Shown here: piece after piece, positions 54,198 through 64,000 of the stretch
Layout: each line of letters opens with the position of its first letter
How positions within the stretch are numbered: position 1 is the first letter of the stretch
Source: Myxococcales bacterium
GTDB lineage: Bacteria > Myxococcota_A > Polyangia > Polyangiales > DASUME01
NCBI GenBank assembly: GCA_044507075.1
Contig: JBIQKA010000005.1
Location: 14,461 to 78,460 of the forward strand
Length of the DNA: 64,000 nt
Direction: 5' to 3'
Notes under the pieces: model-generated
Seen by the model: the letters and a program-made list of their open reading frames with translations, nothing else
Databases searched by the model: none
What the model was told of the DNA's origin: nothing
Translations under genes and position numbers: made by a program

Positions 54198-55181
54198 GTG
54201 GGTATGGAGCAGTTGTTGCAGCGCGAGCCCCCCACCAAGGATGTCTCTGCCATCCCCTCCGGCCTCGATCTCGAAGGCGAGATCGAGCGGCTCAAGCGCG
54301 AGCGAAACGCCGTTATCTTGGCGCATTACTACCAGGACGGGGAGATCCAGGACTTGGCCGACTACATCGGCGATTCCTTGCAGCTCGCCCAGGCCGCCAA
54401 GAAGACCGACGCAGACGTCATCGTGTTCTGCGGCGTGCACTTCATGGCCGAGACCGCGAAGATCCTGAACCCCACGCGCACGGTGGTGATCCCGGATCTC
54501 GAGGCCGGCTGTTCGTTGGCCTCGGGCTGCCCCGCAGACAAGTTCCGCGCCTGGCAAGCCCGCTATCCCGGCTCCGTGACCATCAGCTACATCAATTGCT
54601 CCGCCGAGGTCAAAGCCGCGAGCGACCTGATCTGCACCTCCTCCAACGCGGAAAAGATCGTCCGCTCGGTGCCGCCCGAGACCCGCATCCTGTTCGGCCC
54701 GGACAAGAACCTGGGCCGCTACCTGATCCAGCAGACCGGCCGCGACATGGTGCTCTGGCAAGGCAGCTGCCTGGTGCACGAGATCTTCAGCGAGAAGAAG
54801 CTGATCGGCCTCAAGACCCGCCACCCCCAGGCCAGGATCATCGCGCACCCCGAGTGCGAGGCGCCGGTGCTCAAGATGGCCGACTTCATCGGCTCCACGA
54901 GCGCGCTTTTGAAGTACGCCACCACGTCCCCGGCCACGGAGTTCATCGTGGCCACCGAGCCCGGAATCATCCATCAAATGGAGAAAGCCGCGCCCGAGAA
55001 GACCTTCATCGCGGCGCCTCCGAATGGCAACTGCGCGTGCAACGAGTGCCCTTTCATGCGCCTCAACACGCTCGAGAAGCTGTACCTTGCGCTGCGCGAC
55101 TTGAACCCGGTGATCGAGATGGGCGAGGAGCTGCGCCTCGCCGCCCTGCGTCCCATCGAGCGGATGCTCGAACTCTCCTGA
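54198..55181 (+). CDS. nadA: Quinolinate synthase NadA
   Basis: [39 protein letters not shown] and HPEC motifs, plus a C-terminal CxxC (CACNEC) region. 327 aa. Confidence 0.9.
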   Translation: MGMEQLLQREPPTKDVSAIPSGLDLEGEIERLKRERNAVILAHYYQDGEIQDLADYIGDSLQLAQAAKKTDADVIVFCGVHFMAETAKILNPTRTVVIPDLEAGCSLASGCPADKFRAWQARYPGSVTISYINCSAEVKAASDLICTSSNAEKIVRSVPPETRILFGPDKNLGRYLIQQTGRDMVLWQGSCLVHEIFSEKKLIGLKTRHPQARIIAHPECEAPVLKMADFIGSTSALLKYATTSPATEFIVATEPGIIHQMEKAAPEKTFIAAPPNGNCACNECPFMRLNTLEKLYLALRDLNPVIEMGEELRLAALRPIERMLELS

Positions 55182-55262
55182 ACCGCCGAGCGACCGGGCA
55201 CGCGCGTTTGTTGTGCCCGCGGGCGAAACCTGCCCGCTTCGACCGAAAGCGAACCATCCACC

Positions 55263-56412
55263 ATGACACTCACGATCAGCGAACAGCGGGCCGAGCTCGC
55301 AGACCTGGTCCAGCGCCTCTCGGTGCTGGGGAGGTACCTTTGACGTCGACGGCCTCCGCCACAAGATCGAGAGCCTGAACCACGACTCTCAAGCCCCCGG
55401 CTTCTGGGAAAACCAGGAGGCCGCGCAAAAGCTCCTGCGCGAGCGCGCCGGCTATGAGAGCACCGTCGAGCGCTTCGACAGGCTTCAAAAGGAGGCCGCC
55501 GATCTCAGCGAGCTCTTGGAGCTCGCCGCGGCGGACAACGACGAATCCATGCTCGCCGAGGTCGGCTCCCAGCTCCCGGCGCTGCTCGAGGGCGTCCGCA
55601 AGTTGGAGCTGATGCGCATGCTCTCGGGCGCCGAGGACAAGTCGGACGCCATCGTGTCCATCCACCCGGGCGCAGGTGGCATCGACGCCCAGGACTGGGC
55701 CGAGATCTTGATGCGCATGTATCTCAGGTGGTGTGAAAAGAAGGGCTTCAAGACCGAGATCATCGATCATCAGCCGGGCGACGAGGCGGGCATCAAGGAC
55801 GTGAGCTTCACGGTCTCGGGCCCCAACGCCTACGGGTTCTTGCGCTCCGAAAACGGGGTTCACCGGTTGATCCGTATCAGCCCCTTCGACGCCAACGCGC
55901 GCCGGCAGACCTCGTTCGCCGCGGTGTTCGTGGTGCCCGATCTCGACGAGGACATCGGCGACATCGTGATCAAGCCCGAAGACCTCAAGGTCGACACCTT
56001 CCGCGCGGGCGGCGCGGGCGGTCAGCACGTGAACAAGACCGAGTCCGCGGTGCGCTTCACGCACATCCCCACCGGCATCGTGGTGGCCTGCCAGCAAGAG
56101 CGCTCGCAGCACAAAAACCGCGCCACCGCCATGAAGATGCTGCGCGGGCGACTCTACGAGCGGGCTCGGCTCGAGCGCGAGGCCGCGTTCGAGAAGTCCT
56201 ACGGCGGCTCCAACAAGACCGACATCGACTTCGGCAGCCAGATCCGCAGCTACACCATGGCGCCCTACACGCTGGTGAAGGACGAGCGCACCGAGCACAA
56301 GGTCTCGCAGGTGGACGCCGTCCTGGACGGTGAGATCGACGAGTTCATCGAGGCCTTTCTGTTGATGAAGGCCAACCGCAAGGCCGCCGCCGAAAAGGAC
56401 GCCGCGAGCTGA
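55263..56412 (+). CDS. prfB: Peptide chain release factor 2, requires programmed +1 frameshift at 55341
   Basis: Frame 0 reads MTLTISEQRAELADLVQRLSVLGRYL and then TGA (55341-55343). Resuming at 55342 gives DVDGLRHKIE... in frame with track ORF 55516..56412, which carries SPF, GGQ (GAGGQHVNKTESAVR) and IRSY motifs. It aligns with E. coli RF2 (LRGYL-stop-DYD). Confidence 0.9.
55328..55344 (+). promoter_or_regulatory. prfB +1 frameshift cassette (internal SD-like GGGGAGG, slippery CTT, TGA-C stop)
   Basis: The sequence is GGGGAGG TAC CTT TGA C, against the E. coli AGGGGG TAT CTT TGA C. Confidence 0.85.
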
Positions 56413-56472
56413 TCTGGACGACGGTGATTTGACCGAGATGCGCGCCCCCATGGCGCACGAGCAGAACGAGGA

Positions 56473-58113
56473 GTGGCCCCGGTGGCATCCGAAGAAGAGT
56501 TGATCCGCGCGCGACGCGCCAAGTTCGAGAAGCTGGAGCAGGCCGGGAGCCGCGCCTATCCGAACACCTTTCGTGGCGATGAGGCCGAGCGGAAAGAGGC
56601 GCTCGCGATCTGCAACGACGAAGCCAAGCGTGCGAGCTTGCCCACCGAGGGCGAGCTGACCGGCGACGAAGCCACGTTCAGCCTGTTCGGCCGGGTCGTC
56701 GCCAAGCGCGGGCCGTTCTTGGTGATCCGCACCCCCTACGGGGACATGCAGACCCTCGTACGCAAAGACAAGCTCAGCGCGTCCGAGGCCGCACAGCTTG
56801 CCGCGGTGGATCTGAGCGACTTCGTCGGTGTGCGCGGTCCGCTGATCCGCACCGGGACCGGAGCCGCCGCGGTGCGCGCTGACCACTACGAGCACGTGGG
56901 CAAGGCCGTGCTGCCGCCGCCCGACAAGTGGCACGGGCTGACCGACGTCGAGAAGCGCTATCGCGAGCGCTACGTCGACCTGTTCGCGAGCCCGGAGGTC
57001 GCCCAAGTCTTCCGTGCGCGCTCTCTGCTCGTGCGCTCCCTGCGCAACTTCTTCGACGAGCGCGGCTTCCTCGAGGTCGAGACGCCGCTCTTGCACCCGC
57101 TGCGCGGCGGAGCCACCGCCAAGCCCTTCCAAACGCACCACAACACGCTCGACATGGACCTCTACCTGCGCATCGCGCCGGAGCTCTATCTCAAGCGCCT
57201 GTTGGTGGGCGGGCTCGAGCGGGTGTACGAGATCGGGCGTTGCTTCCGCAACGAGGGCGTGAGCACCCGGCACAACCCCGAGTTCACCATCCTCGAGTTC
57301 TACATGGCGTACGCCACCTGCGACGATTTGCTCGGGCTCACCGAGAGCTTGCTGCGCACGGTGGACGAGCGCCTCCGGGCTACCTTCCCTGCGCTCACCG
57401 CCGAGCGCACCTTCGATCTCTCCGAGCCGTTCGCGCGCGTGCCCATGCGCGAGGCGATCGTGGAGCGCGTCGCGCGCTCGGGCCAGGACGGCCTCGAAAA
57501 GACGCCCTTCGACGGCTTGTTGAACCGCGAAACCTTGAGCTCGAGCGAGAAGCTCTCGGCCTTGCTCGAGGAGCTCAAAGATCGTCTCTCGCCCGAGCTG
57601 CGCGCGCAGCTCAAGAAGGCCACCAGCCACGGCGAGCGCATCTTCGCCCTGTACGAGGTCCTGGCGGAGCCCGACCTCGTGAAGCTCTATCGCAACAAGG
57701 ACGGCTCCAAGTCCCTGCCCGTGTTCATCATGGAGTACCCGTTCGAGGTCTCCCCCCTCGCCCGCCGCAACGATCAGAACCCTGACTTCGTCGATCGCTT
57801 CGAGCTGTTCGTGGACGGCCGCGAGGTGGCCAACGCATTCAGCGAGCTGAACGATCCCGAGGATCAAGCGAGCCGGTTCCGAGCGCAACTCGATAACCGC
57901 GCGCGCGGCGACGACGAGGCCATGGACTTCGACGCCGACTACATCCGGGCTCTCTCCTACGGCATGCCGCCCGCGGCAGGCTTCGGCCTCGGCGTCGATC
58001 GCCTGGTGATGCTGCTCTGCAATCAACCCTCCATCCGCGACGTGCTGCTCTTCCCGTTGATGCGCGCTGAGGCGCGTCCGCCCAACCGCGAATCGAACCC
58101 GGAGGCTCGGTGA
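56473..58113 (+). CDS. lysS: Lysine--tRNA ligase (class II)
   Basis: Class II motifs: FLEVETPLLHP, ELYLKRLLVGGLERVYEIGRCFRNEG, EFTILEFYMAY, GMPPAAGFGLGVDRLVMLL. The in-frame GTG at 56482 is better spaced from GAGGAG (56468-56473) than the track start. Confidence 0.9.
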   Translation: MAPVASEEELIRARRAKFEKLEQAGSRAYPNTFRGDEAERKEALAICNDEAKRASLPTEGELTGDEATFSLFGRVVAKRGPFLVIRTPYGDMQTLVRKDKLSASEAAQLAAVDLSDFVGVRGPLIRTGTGAAAVRADHYEHVGKAVLPPPDKWHGLTDVEKRYRERYVDLFASPEVAQVFRARSLLVRSLRNFFDERGFLEVETPLLHPLRGGATAKPFQTHHNTLDMDLYLRIAPELYLKRLLVGGLERVYEIGRCFRNEGVSTRHNPEFTILEFYMAYATCDDLLGLTESLLRTVDERLRATFPALTAERTFDLSEPFARVPMREAIVERVARSGQDGLEKTPFDGLLNRETLSSSEKLSALLEELKDRLSPELRAQLKKATSHGERIFALYEVLAEPDLVKLYRNKDGSKSLPVFIMEYPFEVSPLARRNDQNPDFVDRFELFVDGREVANAFSELNDPEDQASRFRAQLDNRARGDDEAMDFDADYIRALSYGMPPAAGFGLGVDRLVMLLCNQPSIRDVLLFPLMRAEARPPNRESNPEAR

Positions 58114-60280
58114 TTTCCTCTCCGGCGCCGGCTCGCTTGCGCGGCGTCGTGGCGCTCCTCGGCGTCCTGGCCCTTTCGGCCCTGGCGGTGGTGTTCAGCC
58201 TGCCGGCCCTGTTCGATCGGCTGCGTGTCGCGCCGCTTCAGCCCGAGTACTGGCTCGGCGTCGCGGGCTTCGGCGCGCTCGCGGTCCTCTCCCTCTGGCT
58301 CGGGATCCGCGGTCAGCGCATGCCGCAGGGAATGCCCGGGCGGCTGCGCACGGGTGTGCTCGGCTACGCCTTCTTGGCCGTGGGCTTGGGCGCTGCCGTG
58401 CTGACGGGCCTCTTACTGAGGACCGCCCCCGCGCTGCCCATGGGGACCCCCCTCGGCTTGCAGGACGCGCTCTTGATGTTCCCCCGCCCCCTGCAAGCGG
58501 CCCTGGTCGTCTCTGCGGCTCTCGCAGGGGCCGGCGCGCTCGCGGGGATCGCCGCGATGATCGGTCTGTGGTTCTTACTCCCGCTCAAGCTGCGCCGGGT
58601 CCTGTTCGCGATCGTCGATGTCCTGCTGCTGAGCGCAACCGTTTGGCTGAGCCTCTCGTTCGACTTTCGACCGAAGAGCACGCTCCCGGCCGACCTGCTC
58701 GGCCCGAGTATGCGGCTCTTGGTGACCTTCCTGTTCGGCGTGCGCATGGGCGCGCGCCTGTTGCCCCACGGCCTCGACGCGATCGAGGGCATCAACTTCC
58801 GCTCGCTGGTCGCAGCCCGGCACCTGCGGGCCAAAAAGAGCGGCTTTCTCGCCGCCATCAGCTTCCTCTCCATTCTCGCGGTCAGCGTCTCCTCGTGCGC
58901 GCTGACCACCACGCTGTCGGTGATGGGAGGCTTTCGTCAGGACCTCAAGCGCAAGATCCTCGGCAACAACGCGCACATCGTGGTGGACGCGCCCAACGCC
59001 AAGATCTCCGAATACGCGCCCCTGCTCGAGACCGCCCGCGCGGTGCCGGACGTGAAGGGCGTCTCGCCGTACGTCGCTGGCGAGGTGATGATCTCCAGTG
59101 CCTCGAACCTGGCCGGCGCCGTGCTGCGCGGCATCGATGTCGAGAAGATCGGGCAGGTCAGCGACCTCCCGCAGAACATGAAGGTGGGAAGCCTCGAATA
59201 CCTCGCGCAACCCCAGAAGTTGTTGCGCCTGCCGGCCAACCAACTGGGGCTCAGCGTCGGCGTCCTCCCCAAGATCTCGAAGGCGAACACCGAGAGCGAG
59301 GCCCCTCGCGCCAAGGCCTCGCGCCTCACCAAGGAGCTGCGCGAATTGCTCGGCCCCGATGCCGGCCTCGACGATCCCGAAGAGGACGGGGAGGAAGAGG
59401 AGCTCGCCCTGAAGGGGCCGGGTGATCTCGGGTCGAACGCGGGCCGCGCCCCCGACGTGCGCGAGCCCCCCCTCGCCTCCTCGGCCGCGAGCCTGCCTGG
59501 GATCGTGGTGGGCCAGGAGCTCGCGCGCAGCCTTCGGCTCTATCTGGGCGACGAGGTCAACGTGGTGACCCCGCTCGGCGATCTCGGCCCGAGCGGCCCG
59601 ATGCCCAAGTCGCGCGCCTTCCGCGTGGCGGGCATCTTCTACAGCGGCATGTACGAGTACGACATGAAGTTCGCGTACGTGACGCTGGAGGCGGCCCAGA
59701 AATTCCTCGGGGTCCACGACGCCATCAGCGGGATCGAGGTCACGGTCGAGGAACCCGAGCACGCGAGAGAAACAGCCGGGCGCATCGCGGCCGCCCTCGC
59801 CCGGCCGGACCTACGCGTGCGCGGCTGGGAGGAGCTCAACCAGAACCTCTTCGGCGCGCTCGCGCTCGAGAAGCTCGCCATGTTCATCGCGCTGGGGATC
59901 GCCATCCTGGTCGCCAGCTTCTGCATCGTGGGCACGTTGACCCTGATGGTGCAGGAGAAGGGGCGTGAGGTCGCTGTGCTCAAGGCAATGGGCGCGGCCG
60001 ATCGCACCATCGTGGCGATCTTCGTGCTCGAAGGGACGCTGATCGGCGTCTTCGGATCGCTGCTCGGCCTCGCCCTGGGCTACGTCATGTGCTTTGCGAC
60101 CGAGCACTTTGGCGTGCGCCTCGACCCCGAGGTCTACTACATTGATCGCTTGCCCGTGCACACGGACATTTCCGAGTTCCTCGCCGTGGGCATCGCTGCG
60201 GTGCTGGTCAGCTTGATCGTCACCATCTATCCCGCGCAGCTCGCGTCACGCCTCCGCCCGGTGGACGCCCTGCGCTACGA

Positions 60281-60284
<4 letters not shown>
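58110..60284 (+). CDS. LolC/LolE-family lipoprotein-releasing ABC permease (FtsX/MacB-like) with about 230-aa polytopic N-terminal extension
   Basis: From about aa 235, [36 protein letters not shown] matches LolC/E N-termini. A MacB-like periplasmic domain follows, then the FtsX C-terminus ([25 protein letters not shown]). The N-terminal extension is GC3-rich with about 5 predicted TM helices. The GTG overlaps the lysS stop. Confidence 0.85.
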
Positions 60285-61063
<779 letters not shown>

Positions 61064-61213
61064 GGAGAGGCCGGTTTCAACCGGTCCCCAATCTCGGAAT
61101 TTCCCAGAATCTGCACGCTCTTTCGCGGTGCTCGCACTGGCGCCCGCTGGGCTCACGGGCTACACCGGCCCTGCCTCGGGGCAAGCCCGCCTCGGCTGAT
61201 CTTGCACCACGGC

Positions 61214-63862
61214 ATGAAGCGCATCGTCACGCTCCTCGCACTCGCCGCGATCGCTCTCTTCGCGTTCGCCGGCGGCGCTCATGCGCAGTTCGGGGGGAAG
61301 AAAAAGGAACCGCCACCGGCACCCAAGGCCCCTCCCCCTCCGCCCGAGCCGGAGCCGGAGCCTCAGCTCGAGCCCGAGCGACCGGAGGAGCCTCCGCCCG
61401 GCGTGGGCCCCACCGCCGAACAGCCCGCGTGGGAAGGCGATCCAGACGCGACCGCGCTCCCCGCGGAGGAAGAGGAGATCCCGGCGCCCGCCGCTGAGCC
61501 GACGGTGCTCGTCCCGCGCACGATCTGCGATGGTCGCCGCATCGGGAAGATCGAGGTGACCGGCAATGGCCGCGTCTCGGCCGACGACGTGCGCGCCGGC
61601 ATGAAGCTCAAACCGGGGCTCCCCTGCAGTGACGCCGAGGTGGCGCGCGACGCCAAGGCCCTGTGGGACCTCGGCTACTTCGACGACCTGATCTTCCGCG
61701 CGCGGCTCGAGGGCGACCTGGTGATCCTCAACCTCGAGGTCAAAGAGCGCCCCGCGATCGGCAAGATCACCTTCGAGGGCGACGACGAAATCGACGAAGA
61801 AGACCTCGACGAGAAGGTCACGCTGGAGCTCGGCGCCATCCTGGTGGAGAACGAGGTCCGCAACCAGATCCCGAAGATCCGCGACGTTTATGCCGAGGAA
61901 GGCTATTTCCTCGCCAAGGTCAGCTACCGGCTGATCGCCATGCCCAACAACCAGGTTGAGGTGCGCTTCGACATCGTCGAGGGCCCCGAGGTCTCCGTCC
62001 GCCGCATCCAGTTCGTGGGCAACGACCACTTGAGCGATGACGACATCCTCGAGTTCATGCGCACCCACCCCACCGGGTTCTTCTCGTTCCTCTCGTCAAA
62101 CGACACGTTCAAGCGCGAGTTCTTCGACGAAGACGTGCTGCGCATCCAGGCCCTCTACTACGACCGCGGCTACCTCAACGTGCAGGTGCTGCCGCCGCGC
62201 GTGGAGCTCACGCCCGACCGCCAGCAGATCGACATCACCATCCCGATCAAAGAGGGGCCGCGTTTCAAGATCGGGCGCCTGCGGGTCGTGGAGTACGACA
62301 ACAACGGCAGCGAGATCGAGCCCATCGGAGGACGCCGCGCGGTGCGGGAGAAGGTCACGGCCCAGCCCGGCGACTGGTTCAGCCGCACCAAGCTCTCCGA
62401 GGGCATCGAGGCGATCACGCGCCACTACCGCGACGCGAGCTACGCCAAGGTCGAGGTCGAGCCGGAGACGGCGCTCGAGCCCGATCGCAACATCGTGCAC
62501 ATCACGGTGGGCATCCGGCGAGGCCCCGAGTGCTTCATCGAGCGCATCGAGATCCAGGGCAACGACAAGACGCGCGATCGCGTGATCCGCCGCGAGGTCC
62601 TGATCACCGAAGGCGACAAGTACAGCCAGTCCATGGTCGAGCGCAGCAAGGACCGCATCACGGCCCTCGGCTACTTCGAGCGCGTGGACATGTCCGAGGC
62701 GGATGGCGCGAACCCCGCGGGGCTGATCATCACCTACGAGGTCAAGGAGCGCGCCACTGGCACGTTCCAGGTAGGCGCCGGCTTCTCGTCCATCGAGCAG
62801 TTCATCCTCACCGCCCAGGTGGATCAGCAAAACCTGTTCGGCCATGGCCAATCGCTCTCCCTGCAGGCGCAGATCTCCGGCATTCGCCAGCTCGTTCAGG
62901 TCCAGTTCGTGGAGCCTTACCTGGGGAGCACCATGTGGTCCGCCTCGGTGGACGGACACCGCACCAGCAACGCCTTCCAGGCCTTCACCACGCGCACCAC
63001 GGGCGGCGGCATCACCTTCGGCCACCCGGTGTTCAGCCGCATGCTGCGCCTCGCGCTGCGCTACAGCGCGGATTACGTCGAGGTCGGCGCGACGACGGGC
63101 GGCTTCTTCACCGCGAGCGCCCAGGGCGCCGTGGCGCAACAGCGCACCCCCCTCGCCAATACGCAGCTCGGCGGCTTCACCAGCGCGCTGCGCCTGTCTT
63201 TGACCTGGGACTCGCGCGACAATCGCCTGTTCCCCACCAAGGGCATTTACACCTCCTTGGCCCAGGAGGTGGCGGACCCGGTACTCGGCTCCCAGCGCAC
63301 CTTCTCACGAACCAAGGTCTTCGCGCGCTTCTACTACCCCGTGATCTGGGGCATGGTCCTGCGCCTAAACACGGAGGCGGGGCTCATTACCTCGCGCAAC
63401 CCCAAGGGCGTCCCGCTCTACGAGCGCTTCTTCCTGGGCGGCATCCTGAGCGTGCGCGGCTATCCCTACTGGGGACTTGGGCCGCGCGCGTCCCTGCCGT
63501 CGACCGTCGACCCCAACGCCCCCAACGTCTCGACGCGCATCGGCGGCAATGCCCTGTTGCGTACCAACCTGGAGCTGGAGTTCCCCATCCTCACCGCCGT
63601 GGGTATCAAGGGCGTCATCTTCGCCGACGCCGGCAACGTCTGGAACCTCGAGCAGCAGAAGTGCCAATTGCCCGAGGAGCCCGGCCAATACGACTCCCGA
63701 AAGGTCTGTGGGTTCAACCGCCTACGCTACTCGTGGGGCTTCGGGGTGCGCTGGTTCTCGCCGATGGGCCCGCTGCGTTTCGAGTGGGGCTTCCCCATCA
63801 AGCCCATCCCGGGCATCGACGAGCCGATGAACTTCCAGTTTACGATTGGCCAGTTCTTCTGA
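61214..63862 (+). CDS. bamA: Outer membrane protein assembly factor BamA (POTRA repeats plus Omp85 barrel)
   Basis: ATG 61214 (MKRIVTLLALAAIALFAFAGGAHAQ). A Pro/Glu-rich linker is followed by POTRA-like repeats (IGKIEVTGNGRVSADDV; IGKITFEGDDEI; VRRIQFVGNDHLSDDDI; IERIEIQGNDKTRDRVIRRE). The barrel ends with the motif FQFTIGQFF. Confidence 0.9.
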   Translation: MKRIVTLLALAAIALFAFAGGAHAQFGGKKKEPPPAPKAPPPPPEPEPEPQLEPERPEEPPPGVGPTAEQPAWEGDPDATALPAEEEEIPAPAAEPTVLVPRTICDGRRIGKIEVTGNGRVSADDVRAGMKLKPGLPCSDAEVARDAKALWDLGYFDDLIFRARLEGDLVILNLEVKERPAIGKITFEGDDEIDEEDLDEKVTLELGAILVENEVRNQIPKIRDVYAEEGYFLAKVSYRLIAMPNNQVEVRFDIVEGPEVSVRRIQFVGNDHLSDDDILEFMRTHPTGFFSFLSSNDTFKREFFDEDVLRIQALYYDRGYLNVQVLPPRVELTPDRQQIDITIPIKEGPRFKIGRLRVVEYDNNGSEIEPIGGRRAVREKVTAQPGDWFSRTKLSEGIEAITRHYRDASYAKVEVEPETALEPDRNIVHITVGIRRGPECFIERIEIQGNDKTRDRVIRREVLITEGDKYSQSMVERSKDRITALGYFERVDMSEADGANPAGLIITYEVKERATGTFQVGAGFSSIEQFILTAQVDQQNLFGHGQSLSLQAQISGIRQLVQVQFVEPYLGSTMWSASVDGHRTSNAFQAFTTRTTGGGITFGHPVFSRMLRLALRYSADYVEVGATTGGFFTASAQGAVAQQRTPLANTQLGGFTSALRLSLTWDSRDNRLFPTKGIYTSLAQEVADPVLGSQRTFSRTKVFARFYYPVIWGMVLRLNTEAGLITSRNPKGVPLYERFFLGGILSVRGYPYWGLGPRASLPSTVDPNAPNVSTRIGGNALLRTNLELEFPILTAVGIKGVIFADAGNVWNLEQQKCQLPEEPGQYDSRKVCGFNRLRYSWGFGVRWFSPMGPLRFEWGFPIKPIPGIDEPMNFQFTIGQFF

Positions 63863-64000
63863 GCGCGGGCATCCCTTGGAATCCATGTGCGTCCTGGCCG
63901 GTCCGTCCCCCCGCCTGCCCCGGAGCGGTCATTCGTGGCTGGCACCGAAAGGCCTGTGAATCCGGGCAGCGCTCGCCCCGTCTCGCCCGGCACGCCACCT

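Noticed and set aside
56438-56503. 21-codon uORF (MRAPMAHEQNEEWPRWHPKKS) overlapping the lysS start and ending with two Lys codons; considered as a lysine-sensing leader peptide
   Set aside because: It has no SD before either ATG, only two Lys codons, and no attenuator hairpin that I could see. This is too weak to support.
55276-58026. 916-aa minus-strand ORF covering prfB and lysS
   Set aside because: It is antisense to two unmistakable housekeeping genes (RF2 with SPF and GGQ motifs, class II LysRS motifs). It is a shadow ORF with no recognisable domains.
63940-63954. TGGCACcgaaaggcc downstream of bamA as a possible sigma-54 promoter
   Set aside because: The GC of the -12 element is one nt too close and TTGC is absent. 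The downstream gene lies outside the window.

Overview
This is a very GC-rich chromosomal segment, with third codon positions almost saturated with G/C. The gene content looks myxobacterial (Myxococcota): AgmX/PglI-type C-terminal domains, a TIGR02266-like PilZ protein, many eukaryotic-like Ser/Thr kinases, and many secreted HEAT/TPR proteins. That organism call is an inference. I support about 45 protein-coding genes. By eye I saw no rRNA, tRNA, CRISPR array, transposase or prophage.

Main gene blocks:
- 1-9.2 kb: a partial DUF2156-like gene, a TPR protein, a DUF4159 + VWA/GATase1-like pair, an acyl-CoA synthetase, citrate synthase, and a degenerate homocysteine-S-methyltransferase-like gene.
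- 9.2-19.7 kb: a zinc-ribbon/TPR protein start/stop-overlapped with sppA, then a 2038-aa helical-repeat giant.
- 19.8-27.2 kb: HTH-pilM-pilN-pilO-pilP-pilQ followed by a fused aroK-aroB.
- 27.5-36.4 kb: a LysM/M15 peptidase, a 1704-aa Ser/Thr-kinase-STAND-TPR-GAF-sigma54-activator fusion, a second kinase, an SDR, and an untracked 57-codon ORF behind a near-consensus sigma-54 promoter.
- 36.5-41.3 kb: DUF4350-like, MoxR, DUF58 and rsmA genes linked by overlapping start/stop codons.
- 41.3-53.5 kb: secreted HEAT-repeat, beta-propeller and AgmX-like proteins, an FNR-like reductase, an LpoA-like TPR/PBP lipoprotein, and a five-gene minus-strand operon (HEAT lipoprotein, 60-aa membrane protein, SurA-N-like lipoprotein, Roadblock-like protein, tail-anchored zinc-ribbon kinase).
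- 53.7-63.9 kb: PilZ, nadA, prfB (with the classical +1 frameshift), lysS, lolC/E-like, lolD and bamA.

The most interesting candidates are (a) the sigma-54 promoter plus hidden small ORF next to the kinase-EBP megaprotein, and (b) the envelope-signalling operon at 47.7-52.3 kb, which has its own consensus promoter and long leader.

Limits: all family calls come from motif recognition by eye and memory. No database search or RNA folding was run. Most long antisense ORFs in the track are GC-rich shadow ORFs.
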